Shown here piece after piece: positions 1-12,974 of a DNA stretch of 64,000 bases. The translations under genes and the position numbers were made by a program. Location of the stretch: the IMG/VR virus record IMGVR_UViG_3300019776_000365, positions 26,822 to 90,821 of that record; one strand, written 5' to 3'. Every line of letters begins with the position of its first letter. Positions within the stretch are counted from its first letter, which is position 1. This DNA comes from a virus. The notes beneath the pieces were generated by a model. That model did no database searches, was not told the DNA's origin, and saw nothing but the letters and a program-made list of their open reading frames with translations.

Positions 1-1
1 A

Positions 2-3000
2 GCACCCGTTATTAATGCTTTAGCTGTTTTAGGCTTTGATGAAGAGACTATATGTTATTTCATTAATCAGCCTATAATAGAATATTACACAGAATTTATG
101 GCATCTAAGGATTCATCATTAAATGATTTCGATCCAGATGCCGGCGCTAATGTTTTTGATAAAATAGAGAATTTTATAATAGGCAAGTACAATATAACTG
201 ATATTGACAACTCATTAAATAATTCTGGAGTTGATGTTTTAAAAGAACAAATTGCAACTAAAGAACAAAATAGATCTAAAAGTTTTTGGGAAAAACAACT
301 TGGATTGCTTAGAAAATTTGAAGAAATTAACGAAGTTGGCAATTCAGTTCAAGCATTGATGCAAACCGTAAATGCAGAGTCTAAAGGACTCGGTAAGACA
401 TTGTTTGGCTCATTATCAAGAGAAGATAAAATTAATGATATAGATGATGTAACTGAGAGGTATAACTCTGGTAAGTCAGCTACAGGTATTATTAATGCAG
501 GTAGAATTCTATATGAATTTAATGAAGATGGTGAGTATACAACTAATGAGTTTAATGGAAAAATCACAGACTCATTAAATGGTTTTGTAGCAGAGTATGG
601 CACTAAAATATTAAATAATATTGGTTCTCAAATATTCCCATATAGAAAGAAGCCAATTAATGATATATTTGATTATCTAAGAGAGCTATTAGGCAAGAAA
701 GGTTCTTCAATATCTCAAGATGAAGATTTTATGGGTAAAACTTTTACAGCAATGAAGTCGTATTTATTCTCTAATACTAATCTATATGGAGATAAAGTTG
801 ATTTAAAGGCTGAAAGAAAACGTTTATTTCTTGGTGAATATAAACTATTAGATCCAAATAATCCTAACGGAGAAGCTATATTAGTAAACCCATCACTTGC
901 TGACACCATAGAAGCATTAAAAAATGAAAACATAGGTAAGTCTAACATGCTACTCAGGATGCTTACAGTGGACAAAAGAATGACCTCTAGCGCTGTTAAA
1001 CTGGTTAAATATAATGCAGCATCTGGTCAAAATGCAGATGAGTCTGAAATACACCAAGCATTTATAGCTTTATTTAGAGAAAATGTGCCATTAGAGTATA
1101 AAATTGGTGATAAAATTAATAAGATAAACTCAAGAGATCTTGCTTTAGATTTAATTAAATACACTTATTTATCTGGTGGCTCTCAAGAGGCTATACAATT
1201 CACTAGATATATACCTATAGATGTGCTTGAATATATTGGATTTGGCGATAGAATCAATACTATAGCAAAAAATATTAGCTTATCACATTTTGGTACAAGT
1301 GTAGAAAAAAATTCAATTAAAAATTCCAACTTTGTTGAACAGTATTTACAACATAACCCAAGTAAAGTGCCAGTCAAAATTAAAGGTAAACTAAACAAAG
1401 GCAATAAAGATTTAAAAAATGTTCAAATAAAAGATGGTATTGTTTGGAAATTCACTCCAAACTTTACAGTAGATACAACTAAAGGTTCCGCTGATTATAT
1501 GTTAGGTCAAAAATATGTTGTTGGCATGACCGACAATATGAAATATCTAATATATAAATTTAATGGTACTGAGTTTGTAAATATACCTACACTTGGAACA
1601 TTTGGTATGAGTGAATATGACTTTAACCTACCATCAGGAGAAGTTGCTCAATCTGTAATTACATCAAGAAATATAACTCCTTTAAATGAAAACAAACCTA
1701 GTGATATTAGCAATAAATTATCACAACAGGTTAAGCAAGAAGAGTTAGATGTAACAAAAGAATATGACTTATATAAGAATTCATTAGATAATGAAAATCA
1801 AATTAAAGGTATATTAGAGTTAATATCAAAAAATGGTAATGAAGCCAACAGTCGCATTGCTAAAAAGCTATTAGAAAACACTCACCTTTTAAATTCTATT
1901 AGTGATTATAATTTATCTTATGGAGATGTTGGTAGGTCATCTGGTAGGCACAACATGTATGATAAAACTATAACCATATCTAATATTAAAAACAAGTTTA
2001 AATCAAAAGATAAACTTGAAAATACTTTAGTTCATGAAATAGTTCATGCATATACTGTTAGAACGCTTAGATTAATATTTGATGATAAATTCAAATCAGA
2101 AAATATAGAAGAGTTTGAAAATCTAGATCCTAAAATTATTGAATCCGCTCGTAGAATTAGATCTATAAGAAGAGCTTTAGTTTATAAGGCTAAGTCATCT
2201 TCTAAAGAACTTAGCGATAAACTTAAAGACATAGAAGCTTGGTGGGCCAACAACAAAACAACTAAACTTACAGAAGAACATAAATTTGCTTATTCATTGA
2301 GTGATGATTTTGAGTTTGTCTCAATGGCGCTTACAGATAGTAGTTTTAGGTCAGAGATTGATAAACTAGATTCTATAAGTGATAATAATAGCACTCTAAA
2401 GAAGCTATGAGACGCTTTGCTTAAATTCTTAGGTCTTGATAGTGTATCTAATATAGATAAAACATTTATTGAAAACAATATATTTAATTTTATAGATACT
2501 ATTGAAACATCTATTAAAGAACCATCAAAAAAGATTGACAAGAAAGAATTTAAAGATAATGAAGAGTATAGAAACTTATCCAATATACTTGATGAAATAG
2601 AGTCTAAAAAAGAAGTTGAGATAATTAAAGAGCCAGTTAAATATTACGAAGGAAATATAACTCCAGATAAAAATACTATATTTGTTTTTGGTAGTAATCC
2701 AGAAGGTCGTCATGGTGCTGGTGCCGCTAAAATAGCGAGAACACAATTTGGCGCTATTTATGGTCAAGGTGAAGGATTGCAGGGTAATGCATATGCTCTA
2801 CCAACAAAAGATCTCAGGATTACCGAAAATAAAGGATTTAAATATATATCATTTGATCAAATCGTAGAAAACATTAAAAAACTATATGAAGTTGCCAAAC
2901 AAAATCCAGATAAACAATTCAAAATAGCTTATAGAAATACTACGACAACATCTTTAAATGGATATACTGGATTGGAAATGATTGAGATGTTTAAAACTGC

Positions 3001-4870
3001 CGGTGATATTCCATCAAATATTGTATTTAGTAAAGAGTGGATTGAAACTGGCGAATTTAATAAAAAAGAAGAACCAAAAGTTGAAGAGCAAACAAAACAA
3101 GAAGATCCAAAAAGTAAATCATTTTCATATAAAGGTGTATCAATAGACACTGAATTTCAATTAGGTGAAGACCAAGACAAATCACTTAAAGAGTTAATAG
3201 ATTTTATTGATGGCTCATCTGACACAGCAATGACACTACAAGGTGCTGCTGGTACTGGCAAAACAGCTACAATTGGTTATCTTCAGAAATACTTAAACAA
3301 AAAAGGTTATACTCCTTTTGTTTATATGGCTCCAACACATGCAGCAACTGTAGAATTAGCATTTGCTACTGTTAAAACTGGAAATACATCTATGCCATTT
3401 ACTGTAGCTAAGGCTGTAAGATATGATAGTCTAAATAAAAAGAATGTATTTACCATGAGAATAAATGAAATTTTATCTTATGGTGGTGTTATAGTAGTCG
3501 ATGAATCTTCAATGCTTGATGATAATGACGTAAATGCTATAATAGAAGCATCTGAAAATATTGGTGTTAAGGTTGTTTTTATGGGTGATGAGAAGCAGAT
3601 ACCAAAGGTTAGCAAAGAAGGTGGTGATGTAATGTCATTATTTGGTGAAGATTTTGGGACTATTAAAAAAAGAGTATCATCTGCTTTTACGAAACTAAAG
3701 CAAACAAATCTTAGACAAGTTTTTAGACAATCAGACAATGGATTGCTTGCACTTTTATCTAAAATGAGATCTCAAAATAATTTTAAATTATTTAAAGTGA
3801 ATAACAGAAAGTCTGTAAAATTTGTTGATAGAAGTGAGTATAATAAATTATTAAGGGAAGATATATTAAACGATCCTGAAAATACTATTGTTATATCATA
3901 CACAAACGGTTCTGTTCAAGAAGTTAACAAAAATGTTAGATTAATTAGAGGTATGAGTGGTAGTCCAAAAGTGTTTGATGTTATCATTGGATATATAGGG
4001 TATGCCAATAAAAAGATAGATGCTGGGAATATAGCTAATAGTGTTCAATATACTATTGATACAATACAAAGAGATGGCTCAGAACTTAGAATTATAGCAA
4101 ATTCTGATAAACTAAAACAACTAGTTGATTTAGGGATATCTGGTATATCTAAAGTAGCATTTACTAGATATTTGCAGTTATCACAAGGTGATAGTCTTTC
4201 TATTGATGATATGACAAAAGAAGATTATGACAACAACAATGAAACATTATCTAATATATTTAGATCGGTGCATGAATTAAATATGGCTTATGACAGAAAA
4301 CAGATTAAATATTACACATATCTAAATGCATTAGCAGAAAAAACTGCTATTTTAGCTGAATTGTCTGTTGGTGATAGTTATATTTATAATCCAAAAATCG
4401 ATAAAATGGAGCGTTATGATCAAAAGATTCATAAAAACATCAAATCATCTGGTAGTGGGTCTTTGTTGTTTGAGAAGGGCGTTGATTATGGTCATGCTAT
4501 AACAATACATAAATCTCAGGGATCTACTATAAACAATGTTTATTTTGACGCAGATTCAATAAATTCAGCTAGAGATACAAAAATACTTGATGAAAAAGAC
4601 AATCAAGTCACAACTGAAAAAATGGCTTTAGCTTATGTAGCTATGAGTAGAAGTAAGAATAAACTTGTTGTAAATAAAGGTAGTCAAGCTTTTGAACAGA
4701 TAGATGAAAATGAAGTTGAATCATTGCCTGAATTTAACGACTCTAGTTTTTTCGAATTAACAGAGGATGAAAGCAAAACTTTAATTAAAAAGCATGGCGA
4801 CAAAGCTATAGAGATGTATAATAACTTAAATGACGAACAAAAAGAAATAATACTTAAATGTTTAAGATAA
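2..4870 (+). CDS. Giant multidomain virion protein, 5'-truncated (>=1622 aa with TGA=Trp); probably the C-terminal part of the crAss-type virion RNA polymerase protein, followed by zincin, FVFGSN-type and RecD/Dda-like SF1 helicase domains
   Basis: Frame is open from position 2. ORFs 98-2410 and 2417-4870 share a frame and are separated by one TGA (2408-2410; KKL*DALLKFLG). Motifs: HEIVH (HExxH); IFVFGSNPEGRHGAGAA; GAAGTGKT, DESSM, GDEKQI, TIHKSQG, YVAMSR. The RNAP assignment is inferred from position, size and the LGF..FINQPII segment; no catalytic DxDxD lies in the window. Confidence 0.8.
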
Positions 4871-4871
4871 T

Positions 4872-7800
4872 ATGGCTAAATGTATAATACATAATGATAA
4901 ATTTAAAGACCTGGTTGAAAAATCAGGTCTTAACTCTATGCAATTAGAGGCTGAGATGAATCTTTGGATGACTAGAAATAATACAGATATTTGGCCAACT
5001 CTTAGTCAATTGGGTATTGAATTCAAAGATATAACAAAAGAACATAAAGGCATTATAAGAAATAGACTTTCAGATATAATCCCAAACATATCTGAAGATA
5101 AATTTAAAGAGATATATGAAAATTATACTTCATTAATGGGTAGAGGCGGTAGGCCTGGGAAGGAATTGCCTTTTAATAAATTCAAAGCGTTTGTTTCAAA
5201 TGCAAATGTGTATAACTATAAAGATACTTTTATTTTTGGACACTATGATACAATAAATAATGTTTTTATAACTACCATAAGTAGCAGCCCAAGTAGTAAA
5301 GAACTTTTAGCTGAAGCTATACCAAATATAGCTAAGAATTTTGATGTTATAGGATTTGCGCCAAAGGATGTTGTTGGCAAATATAAAAGAAGTGGATACG
5401 TTGTTAGCGATGCATTTTTTAATTATAATTTTAGAGGCGAAGAAATGAATAAATTTCTATATGCATCAAATCCTAATATAACAAAACGTATATATGGTAA
5501 AAATATAGAAGATTTATCTCAGAAGGAAATATTGGATTTAGATAATAGATCGTTGGGGTATATTTCATTTAGAAATCTTCTTGACGAATTAGTTACAAAT
5601 AAAGATAATTATAACTATAATATTGTAAACAATAACCTAAAAGAGCTTAGGGTTCCAGCTCATCAAAGAGAGAGGTTTTTAAAAGAAATAAAAAATGGTA
5701 GATATGAATATACAGAATACTCACTAATACCAGCAATCAAAAAGCTATACGATTTTAAAAAGGTTGATATTGATGAGAAAGACGAAAATGCTCTAAATCA
5801 AATAGTTCCAGATACCGAAAATCAATTAAACAAACTGTTAGTCAATTATCTTTCTAACTTTGGAATAAAAACAGAATACATTGAAGATATACAAAATAAA
5901 CTTGGTATAGATTCACTAGGAACTGTTGATATTCTTAACAAAATTGCATATGTAGATAAAGATAATACTGAAGATTTGCCGGAAATTGCAGGTAAATTTA
6001 TAGCATATATGCTTCAACACAACCCATTGATAACATCCACATATGAACAGCTTAGAAAAATAGGTAAATATAAAAATAGTAATAAGGATGAATTGTTAGA
6101 TATAATAGGCGAACTTATAGCTAAAGAGTTGCACAACAAAACGGATGTTAATTTACCTAAATCTTTAGCAGAAAAAATACAATCTATAATTGCATATTTT
6201 TTTGATTTACTAACAAAGGCCAGAATAAATAAAATCAACAAAGATATTGGAGTTATTGTTGATTCAATCTTATCAAATAATAAATCATTAATAACCGCAA
6301 GTAAATACAAGCCAGGATCTCCTGGTAAACAGGTTTTGCAAGTGTCACTAAAAGAGGCATTAAGATCTGATAGTTTTGCTAACTCTATAGTTAACAAGAT
6401 GGCTGATAAAGGATTTATTCTAACTGGAAGTGTTGTTCTTTCAGAGCAGGGCTCTATATTTAGACCAGAAGAAAATCAAGTTCATGATTTAGATTGGGTA
6501 AATCCTCATAATGAAGAAAAAACTAATGAGATATTAGATGAAATATATCCAAATAGAAAACATATAAGAAATATATATAACGAAGGTGAAGAGTCGTATA
6601 CTCATACATTTTTAATAAGTCCAGAAGGAACTAAAATAACAAACCTAAAACTTGAGGGGTCAAATTCCATAGTTAGATCATACAATATAGTAAATGATAA
6701 TAATGAAATAGTTGGCTCTTATTCCAATGAAAATGGTGTTGAAAGATCTAATGGTATTGAAGGGAAGGCTATAGATCTATTTATGAATGAACGTAACAAA
6801 TTAACTCCAACTCAAACAATATTAGAATCTGGAATAGTTTTAAACATGTCAAATTGAAGAGATATTTTTAAAGCTAAACTAAGATATGCAAGATTAAAAG
6901 ATATCTGAGACTATAATAGATTTATACCAAATGAAAATATAACAATAAAAGAAATTGCAAAATCAGAAATTAAAGGAGAAACTTATAATTCCACAGAAGA
7001 TGCCCCAGATATGACAGAGCCAGATGATATTACCGAAATGGGAACTTTATTTGACATAGAAATACCTGATGAATATAAGCTGTCAGATTTCAACTTAACA
7101 GAAGAAGATGAAGATACTATAAGTCAAAGCTCATACGCTAATCTTACAAGGATGCTTATATATAGACGCAATGATATATATAATGACATGCAAAATACTA
7201 GTACAGCCATTAGAAATGCTAAAGATGAATCTGAAAGAACCAAACTTAGAGAAAAGTACGCTGAGTTAAAAAGCAAAATGGACTCTATCGTTGAACGTAT
7301 AGATAAAGCCAATCAGCTTAAAAACATATCTCAATTAGTTACATTTGGTGAAGAGGATTTATCTGAGGCTATAAAGTTGTTAGAAGATCCTAATTTAACA
7401 GAGCATGGCCTTAGATATGCTAAAAGAATTGTTGATTTTTGGATTAAAGTAGCTGATTTTAATGTAGAGCGTGAGGGCCATGTTTTATTTGGTAAGAGCT
7501 ACGATAAAGTTATATCAGATAAAGAAAAAAATGAGTTTTTAGATTTGGCTAATAGAAAAGAAACTGGTGCTATAGCTTTGAGTCATATAATCAATGGGCT
7601 ATCTAGAGATTATATATCAAAAATGGTTAATAAACAATTAGATGGGACATTTAGTATAAAAGATATATATAAAGCTATAGAAGATATTAACTGGTGGAAA
7701 GCTAATGCATTCTCAATACAAGACTATTCTTCGCCATTATTAACGGCTATGTATAAAACTATGCGTCAAGCCGACATGGATGCTTCTAAAGAGGCTGAAG

Positions 7801-10568
7801 TGCTATCTAAACAGTTGAATGATCTACTTAGTAGGGTTAACAAAAAGCTAACATCAAAAGGAAGTGGTAGATATAGGATATTCTATCAAGAAGAGAATGG
7901 TAAGCTAAATGGTAATCTAGTAAGGATATATACAAAGAAATATCAAGATACAAAAGAAGAGTTACTTAAAAAAGCTCAAAATGCCACTGGTGACAATAAG
8001 GCTAGAGCTTGGGATGATTTTAAAAGATGGTCTAAAGCCAATGAAGATCTAATAGATATTAGATTGTTGTTCCCCACAGAAGAGTTAACTCAAGATCAAC
8101 AAATAGCAGCAGATAAACATAAAGCTCATATACTTAAAATGTTGGGTCAACGACAGTACGATAAAGTTATGAGTGAAATTTCTGAAGCTTTAATTGATTA
8201 TGATATATCAAGAAATCTAAAGAAGAATCAATTAGAATTAGATGATACTTTATCTGAAGATGATAAGTTTTTTAAACTAAAAGAGTGAGAGCATAAGAAA
8301 TCTCCATATATTGAGATGGAGAGACGCTTGGGTAGTTTAGAAGATGATGGTACATACAAGGATTCTAAAGTTATGTTAGGCCCTAATAGAACATTTGCAG
8401 ACAAAGGCGTTAGAGGTCTTAGAACTATTGCAAAAGAGTATTTGAGTGATGGTACAAAAACAGAATGGTATGATCCTAAATTTAAAGAAATATCTAAAGA
8501 TAAGGATTTGTTAGAGCTGTATAACTTCATATACGATACTATGGATTATATGAAGACATTATTACCAGAGCATCAGAGAAATCAAATATCAACTAATACA
8601 CTACCATTTATAGAAAAATCTATTGTTGATATGTTTTCTGAAAACTCCGCTATTGGCATGGCTAATATGTGGAGTGAGATACAGAACTCATTTATGATTA
8701 AAAACTTAGATGAACGCAAATATGATGAAATTGATGTAACAACAGGCAAGGCTATATCAAAGGTAAAAGTTACCACCTTTATGTCTGGAGATAAGAGATT
8801 AAATGATGCTATAAAAATAAAAGAAGCTGAGTTCATAGCTAAGACTGGTAAAAACCCATCAAAAGAAGATGCAGTAAAATTTAGAAAAGAAGCTTTAGAT
8901 GATTTAAATAAAGAAAGATCATTTGATTTGCCATCATTAATAAAGATGTATACAGGCTCGTTATTGGCCTATAAGCATAAATCTAACGTTATAGATATAA
9001 TAGAGATAGCTAGAGATGCCGTTGATGAAATAAGCGAAATATCGACATCTAATGCCGGTAGAGAGCAAATAGATCCATTGACTGGTAAGCCTAGAGTTCA
9101 AGCTGGACTAACACACCTCAAAGAGTCATTAGATTACGCCATGGATGCTTTTAAAGGGCAGCCAATACATACTAGAACGGCTGCATCACAAAATAAAAAA
9201 TACAACCATAAAGACAAAGTAGAATTAAATAAGTTATTATCTACTAAAGCTTTGTTGGATGAAAAATTTAATAAAGGTAAGATTAGCAAAGCAGAGCATG
9301 ATAAGCAAATATCTGTAATAGACAGTAAAATAAACTCATTGGGAGGATATGCTTCTTTTGAAAAAGCTGGTGAAAATGTATTGAAATACATTCAACTTAA
9401 AGGCATGGGATTTAATGCTATAGCAGGTGCTGTCAATCTAACTACAGGCTGGTTAGAGAACTGCATTAGATCTGCTGATGGTAGGTTCTTTGATTCATCT
9501 CAATTAGGAGCTTCATATAGAGATGTTATGTCTACTATATACGACCCTATGAGAAAAAATAGCACTACTAGAAAATTGGTAGGTATAGAAAAGTCCTTAA
9601 GGATATTAAATAATCCAGCTCATGAGTTGTATAAAACCGAGTCTAAGTTTGGAAAAGTAGCTTATATTATAACAGAAAAGACTGAGTTTGTGAACGTTAT
9701 GTCTATGTCTGGTGCTTATCTTAGAAATATTAAAGTTAAAGACGCTAAAGGCAATGATTCTAATCTATATGAAGCATTTAAAGAGGATGGGTCTATTAAA
9801 GATGGCTGGAAGTTAAGCAATACTAAAACTAATGATGAGTTTTTGTTTGATGTAAGCCAAGCTATACAAGCTTTAATTAAAAGATCTCATGGTAACTACA
9901 GAGATTCACTCAAGGGTAAAAAAACTATATTGGGTCAAATGGCCTTTCAGTTTAGGACTTGGATGCCAGAATTGTACAATTCAAGGTGAGGAGCAACTCA
10001 GTATGACTATATACTTAATAAAGAATTTAAGGGTAGATGGAAATCATATGGCACATTAACTGGTAGTGAGTTTAATGGAAATACATTTACAGCAGCAGAC
10101 AATACATTGTATACATTAGGTCAGCTATGTAGAAAGATATTATTTATGAGGACTTCATTTGATGGTAGGATGTCAGAAGTTGATGCTGCTAACATGAAAG
10201 CAAACCTTATGGAGCTTCATTTTGTACTTGGTACTATAGCTTTGATGTTAATGTTAAGAGCAGCCATTCCAGATGAAGATAGAAAGAAAAACTTTACATA
10301 TAATATGTTGATTAATCTTATTACAAGACAGCAGAATGATATATTAGTTTTCGCTAACCCTGGGACATTTGAGCAGATTAATAAAAATGTATTACCAGTA
10401 ACAAGTGTTATATCTGATACTAAAAACTTAATGACGGCTATTAAAAATGAATTTAGCGATGATGATAAACAGCATGGTAAATCATTTGTTAAGGCCGTTA
10501 AGATGGTCCCACTTGGAGGCCAGCTAGTTAGAATTGGTCAATATGGATCTAAAGAAATAGCTCAATAA
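4872..10568 (+). CDS. Giant virion/ejection-type protein (1898 aa with TGA=Trp)
   Basis: ORFs 4872, 7011, 8316 and 10107 are all in one frame, joined by TGA at 6855, 6906, 8286 and 9987 with no TAA/TAG until 10566. Hydrophobic helix near the C-terminus; internal GS...DLD nucleotidyltransferase-like motif. Confidence 0.85.
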
Positions 10569-10591
10569 CGTTTTGTTGGATAAAATTTTTT

Positions 10592-10629
10592 ATAGGTGGG
10601 ACTTTTTACATCCCACCTATTTTTGTTTT
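10592..10629 (+). terminator. Rho-independent terminator at the convergence of the + and - blocks
   Basis: ATAGGTGGGA / TCCCACCTAT 10-bp stem followed by TTTTGTTTT. Confidence 0.8.
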
Positions 10630-11089
10630 ATTTTTTACTATCAATTAAGTCAGTACAAAGATAAACACTTGAAATTACTGGAATTCCTACTTGTTTGCAA
10701 GAATTTTTAATATCATTAATTGAATACATTGGTTTATTATATTTAATATATTCTTCTGCTTTTTCTTTAGTTGAAAAATATTTATAATTCATTAAATCTG
10801 GGTTACATAGAGTATTGCTATAATCAATTCCCATTGAAAATGACTTTAAATTTACATAAAATATATCCGGATGGTTGTTTTTATAAATATCTACACCATC
10901 TTCTGTTGTAAATAATGGTCTTGGTTTTACCAACTCCCAGTATTCTGGATAACTGTTATAAAAATTAGTACCCATCCAATCAGGGTGAGATCTTAAATGC
11001 AATACATCAATACCATCATACCAATGTATTGTATTTAAAGATGGGCTACCAGGATATGTTTTGATTAATTTATACTCTATTTTACTCAT
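10628..11089 (-). CDS. hypothetical protein
   Basis: 153-aa ORF in a tightly packed - strand operon. Confidence 0.7.
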   Translation of the reverse strand: MSKIEYKLIKTYPGSPSLNTIHWYDGIDVLHLRSHPDWMGTNFYNSYPEYWELVKPRPLFTTEDGVDIYKNNHPDIFYVNLKSFSMGIDYSNTLCNPDLMNYKYFSTKEKAEEYIKYNKPMYSINDIKNSCKQVGIPVISSVYLCTDLIDSKK

Positions 11090-11342
11090 ACACTTGTGTT
11101 TTTATTAATTGTTTGTTTTTATCGTAAGTTTCTATTACATTTAAATTAAGCTTATTTGCAGCCTGTTTAAGCGCATATCTCAAGTCAAACATGCCATTGC
11201 TTATCAATTGAAATATAACCCGGATTTCGTCAGCGGAAGGCTCTTTAACGCCACATAGGTTGCAATAATATACTATAAACTCAGTTAGTTTATTTTGATC
11301 TACACTATTGTTCTCAAGTGTGTTTTTTATGAAATCTTTCAT
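11082..11342 (-). CDS. hypothetical protein
   Basis: 86-aa ORF overlapping the next start. Confidence 0.7.
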   Translation of the reverse strand: MKDFIKNTLENNSVDQNKLTEFIVYYCNLCGVKEPSADEIRVIFQLISNGMFDLRYALKQAANKLNLNVIETYDKNKQLIKTQVYE

Positions 11343-11360
11343 AAATACTTATGATTAACT

Positions 11361-11591
11361 TTATTTGATATTATTTATAGTTATAAATGCATCAAACTCT
11401 TTAAATATTTCATTATGCTCAAATACGATTCTATCTTTCACTTCATCTTCAAATTCATCCTCTGGTAGTTTAAATAGGTTTGATTGCATATCATAATATC
11501 CAATATTGCTATGTTTAAACACAAGACCACCAATGTCAATTAATATATCATATTCTACTCTTACTGAAATTTCATCTCTTGGGTCGTGCAT
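11361..11591 (-). CDS. hypothetical protein
   Basis: 76-aa acidic ORF. Confidence 0.6.
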   Translation of the reverse strand: MHDPRDEISVRVEYDILIDIGGLVFKHSNIGYYDMQSNLFKLPEDEFEDEVKDRIVFEHNEIFKEFDAFITINNIK

Positions 11592-11730
11592 AATATTTAT
11601 TTATTTGTAATCAACCGCAGGGTTACTGGTTTGTAATGTTTAGTGTTAACCATTTTTATTTAGCGTATTACCTAACAGCTCTCCTTCAAGCAATACAATT
11701 GCCGTTTAGTGTGTTTTGGTTGATTGTTTA

Positions 11731-11982
11731 TTATTTTTTAGTTAATTTAGCCCCAATGCCAAGGCCACCACATATAGCTATTACATATCCGCAAGCAGTA
11801 AATAAAACAGGCGACACATGATATGAGTTTTGCAAATCAAAGTATTTATCCATTGCAAGAACTCCAGCATTAGCCACACCTATGGTTATTGCATAGCTTT
11901 TTACTTTTTTAAAAAAGATTGGACTTTCTGCCTTCCACCTAATAAATACTTCTTTTATAAATGATGTTTCTTTAAATTTCAT
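11731..11982 (-). CDS. small membrane protein (two hydrophobic segments)
   Basis: RWKAESPIFFKK followed by two TM-like stretches. Confidence 0.65.
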   Translation of the reverse strand: MKFKETSFIKEVFIRWKAESPIFFKKVKSYAITIGVANAGVLAMDKYFDLQNSYHVSPVLFTACGYVIAICGGLGIGAKLTKK

Positions 11983-12205
11983 TTTGTTTTTCCTCTAATA
12001 TTTTTATTAGTTTCTCGATATACCACTTAGCTTTTTTAATATCTTCTAAGCCATTCTTATCTTCATATCTCCATAGGTATTTAATGGCATTCGCTGTACA
12101 TATAGCTTCAATACCAGATTTACCTACTGTTGCACTTTCTAATGCATCAATACATTCTATTTTACCATTTTTATAATGGTTTGGATTAATATTATCTTTA
12201 CTCAT
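11972..12205 (-). CDS. DUF3310 / T7 gp1.7-like protein
   Basis: INPNHY..IECID, NAIKYLWRY, KNG.EDIKKAKWY. Confidence 0.85.
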   Translation of the reverse strand: MSKDNINPNHYKNGKIECIDALESATVGKSGIEAICTANAIKYLWRYEDKNGLEDIKKAKWYIEKLIKILEEKQNEI

Positions 12206-12806
12206 TTGTTTTGCCTGTAATTAAATTTGACATTGGTAATGTTTCGATAAAGTCACAAAAGTATTGCCATTCATCAAGTTTATGATGTCTTCTTTGCGAA
12301 TAAATTGTTTTTAATTGAAGATAATTCGTAGAAATTCCCATCCATTTTAAATAGCCAGAAGGAATATTTGAAATAATCTTGTTAAAATAATGAGATTTTT
12401 CCTCTTTTGAGTCTACTAGATTATAAGAGTCTATATAATCATTTATTGCAGCAATAAAATCTGGGTCTGTGCTGTCTGTAAAATCATCTAACGTAAGACT
12501 TCTTGATGTAATCTTATGCATTTTAGATTGGCTGCTAATGATGTCAACCCAATGATATCGTTGTAATTGTGGGCTAAAATACTCAGGGTAACACAAATCA
12601 AATTGAATGATTATGCCTTTGAGAAAATTCGAATGGCCTGACCCATTTGGGGCATTGGATAATTGACATGCTCTTTTTATTCTGTTGGTTGTAAGATCTT
12701 CGCTATTAATAAATTCAAGGCTAATAGGCTCTCCTACTTTCATTGGGTATTGGCTGCGAATTATTGACTCATTCAATCCATACACTTCTAAATTCTTAAT
12801 CTGCAT
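12198..12806 (-). CDS. divergent ThyX-like (flavin-dependent thymidylate synthase-like) protein
   Basis: GH.NFL, QLQRYH, SQSKMH, NYLQLKTIYSQRRHH.L.EW pattern. Confidence 0.55.
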   Translation of the reverse strand: MQIKNLEVYGLNESIIRSQYPMKVGEPISLEFINSEDLTTNRIKRACQLSNAPNGSGHSNFLKGIIIQFDLCYPEYFSPQLQRYHWVDIISSQSKMHKITSRSLTLDDFTDSTDPDFIAAINDYIDSYNLVDSKEEKSHYFNKIISNIPSGYLKWMGISTNYLQLKTIYSQRRHHKLDEWQYFCDFIETLPMSNLITGKTNE

Positions 12807-12974
12807 TTTCTTCGTATTCTTTTATTAGTTTATTGCTTTCTTTTTTAACAAAATTTCTAGCCAATTTTGACCATCTTTTTGTTTTGCTATTTTGGGCTTT
12901 TGACCAATGCCTTGGAAGGTAATCATCCATATCCCAGCCAAGTATTTGGATTAATATTCTACGACCAGTCATAT

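Noticed and set aside
85-9391. Numerous short - strand ORFs opposite the giant genes, and similar antisense ORFs elsewhere such as 44750-44998 and 48794-49234
   Set aside because: Shadow frames of real genes or tRNAs, with Ser/Leu/Ile-rich composition and no motifs.
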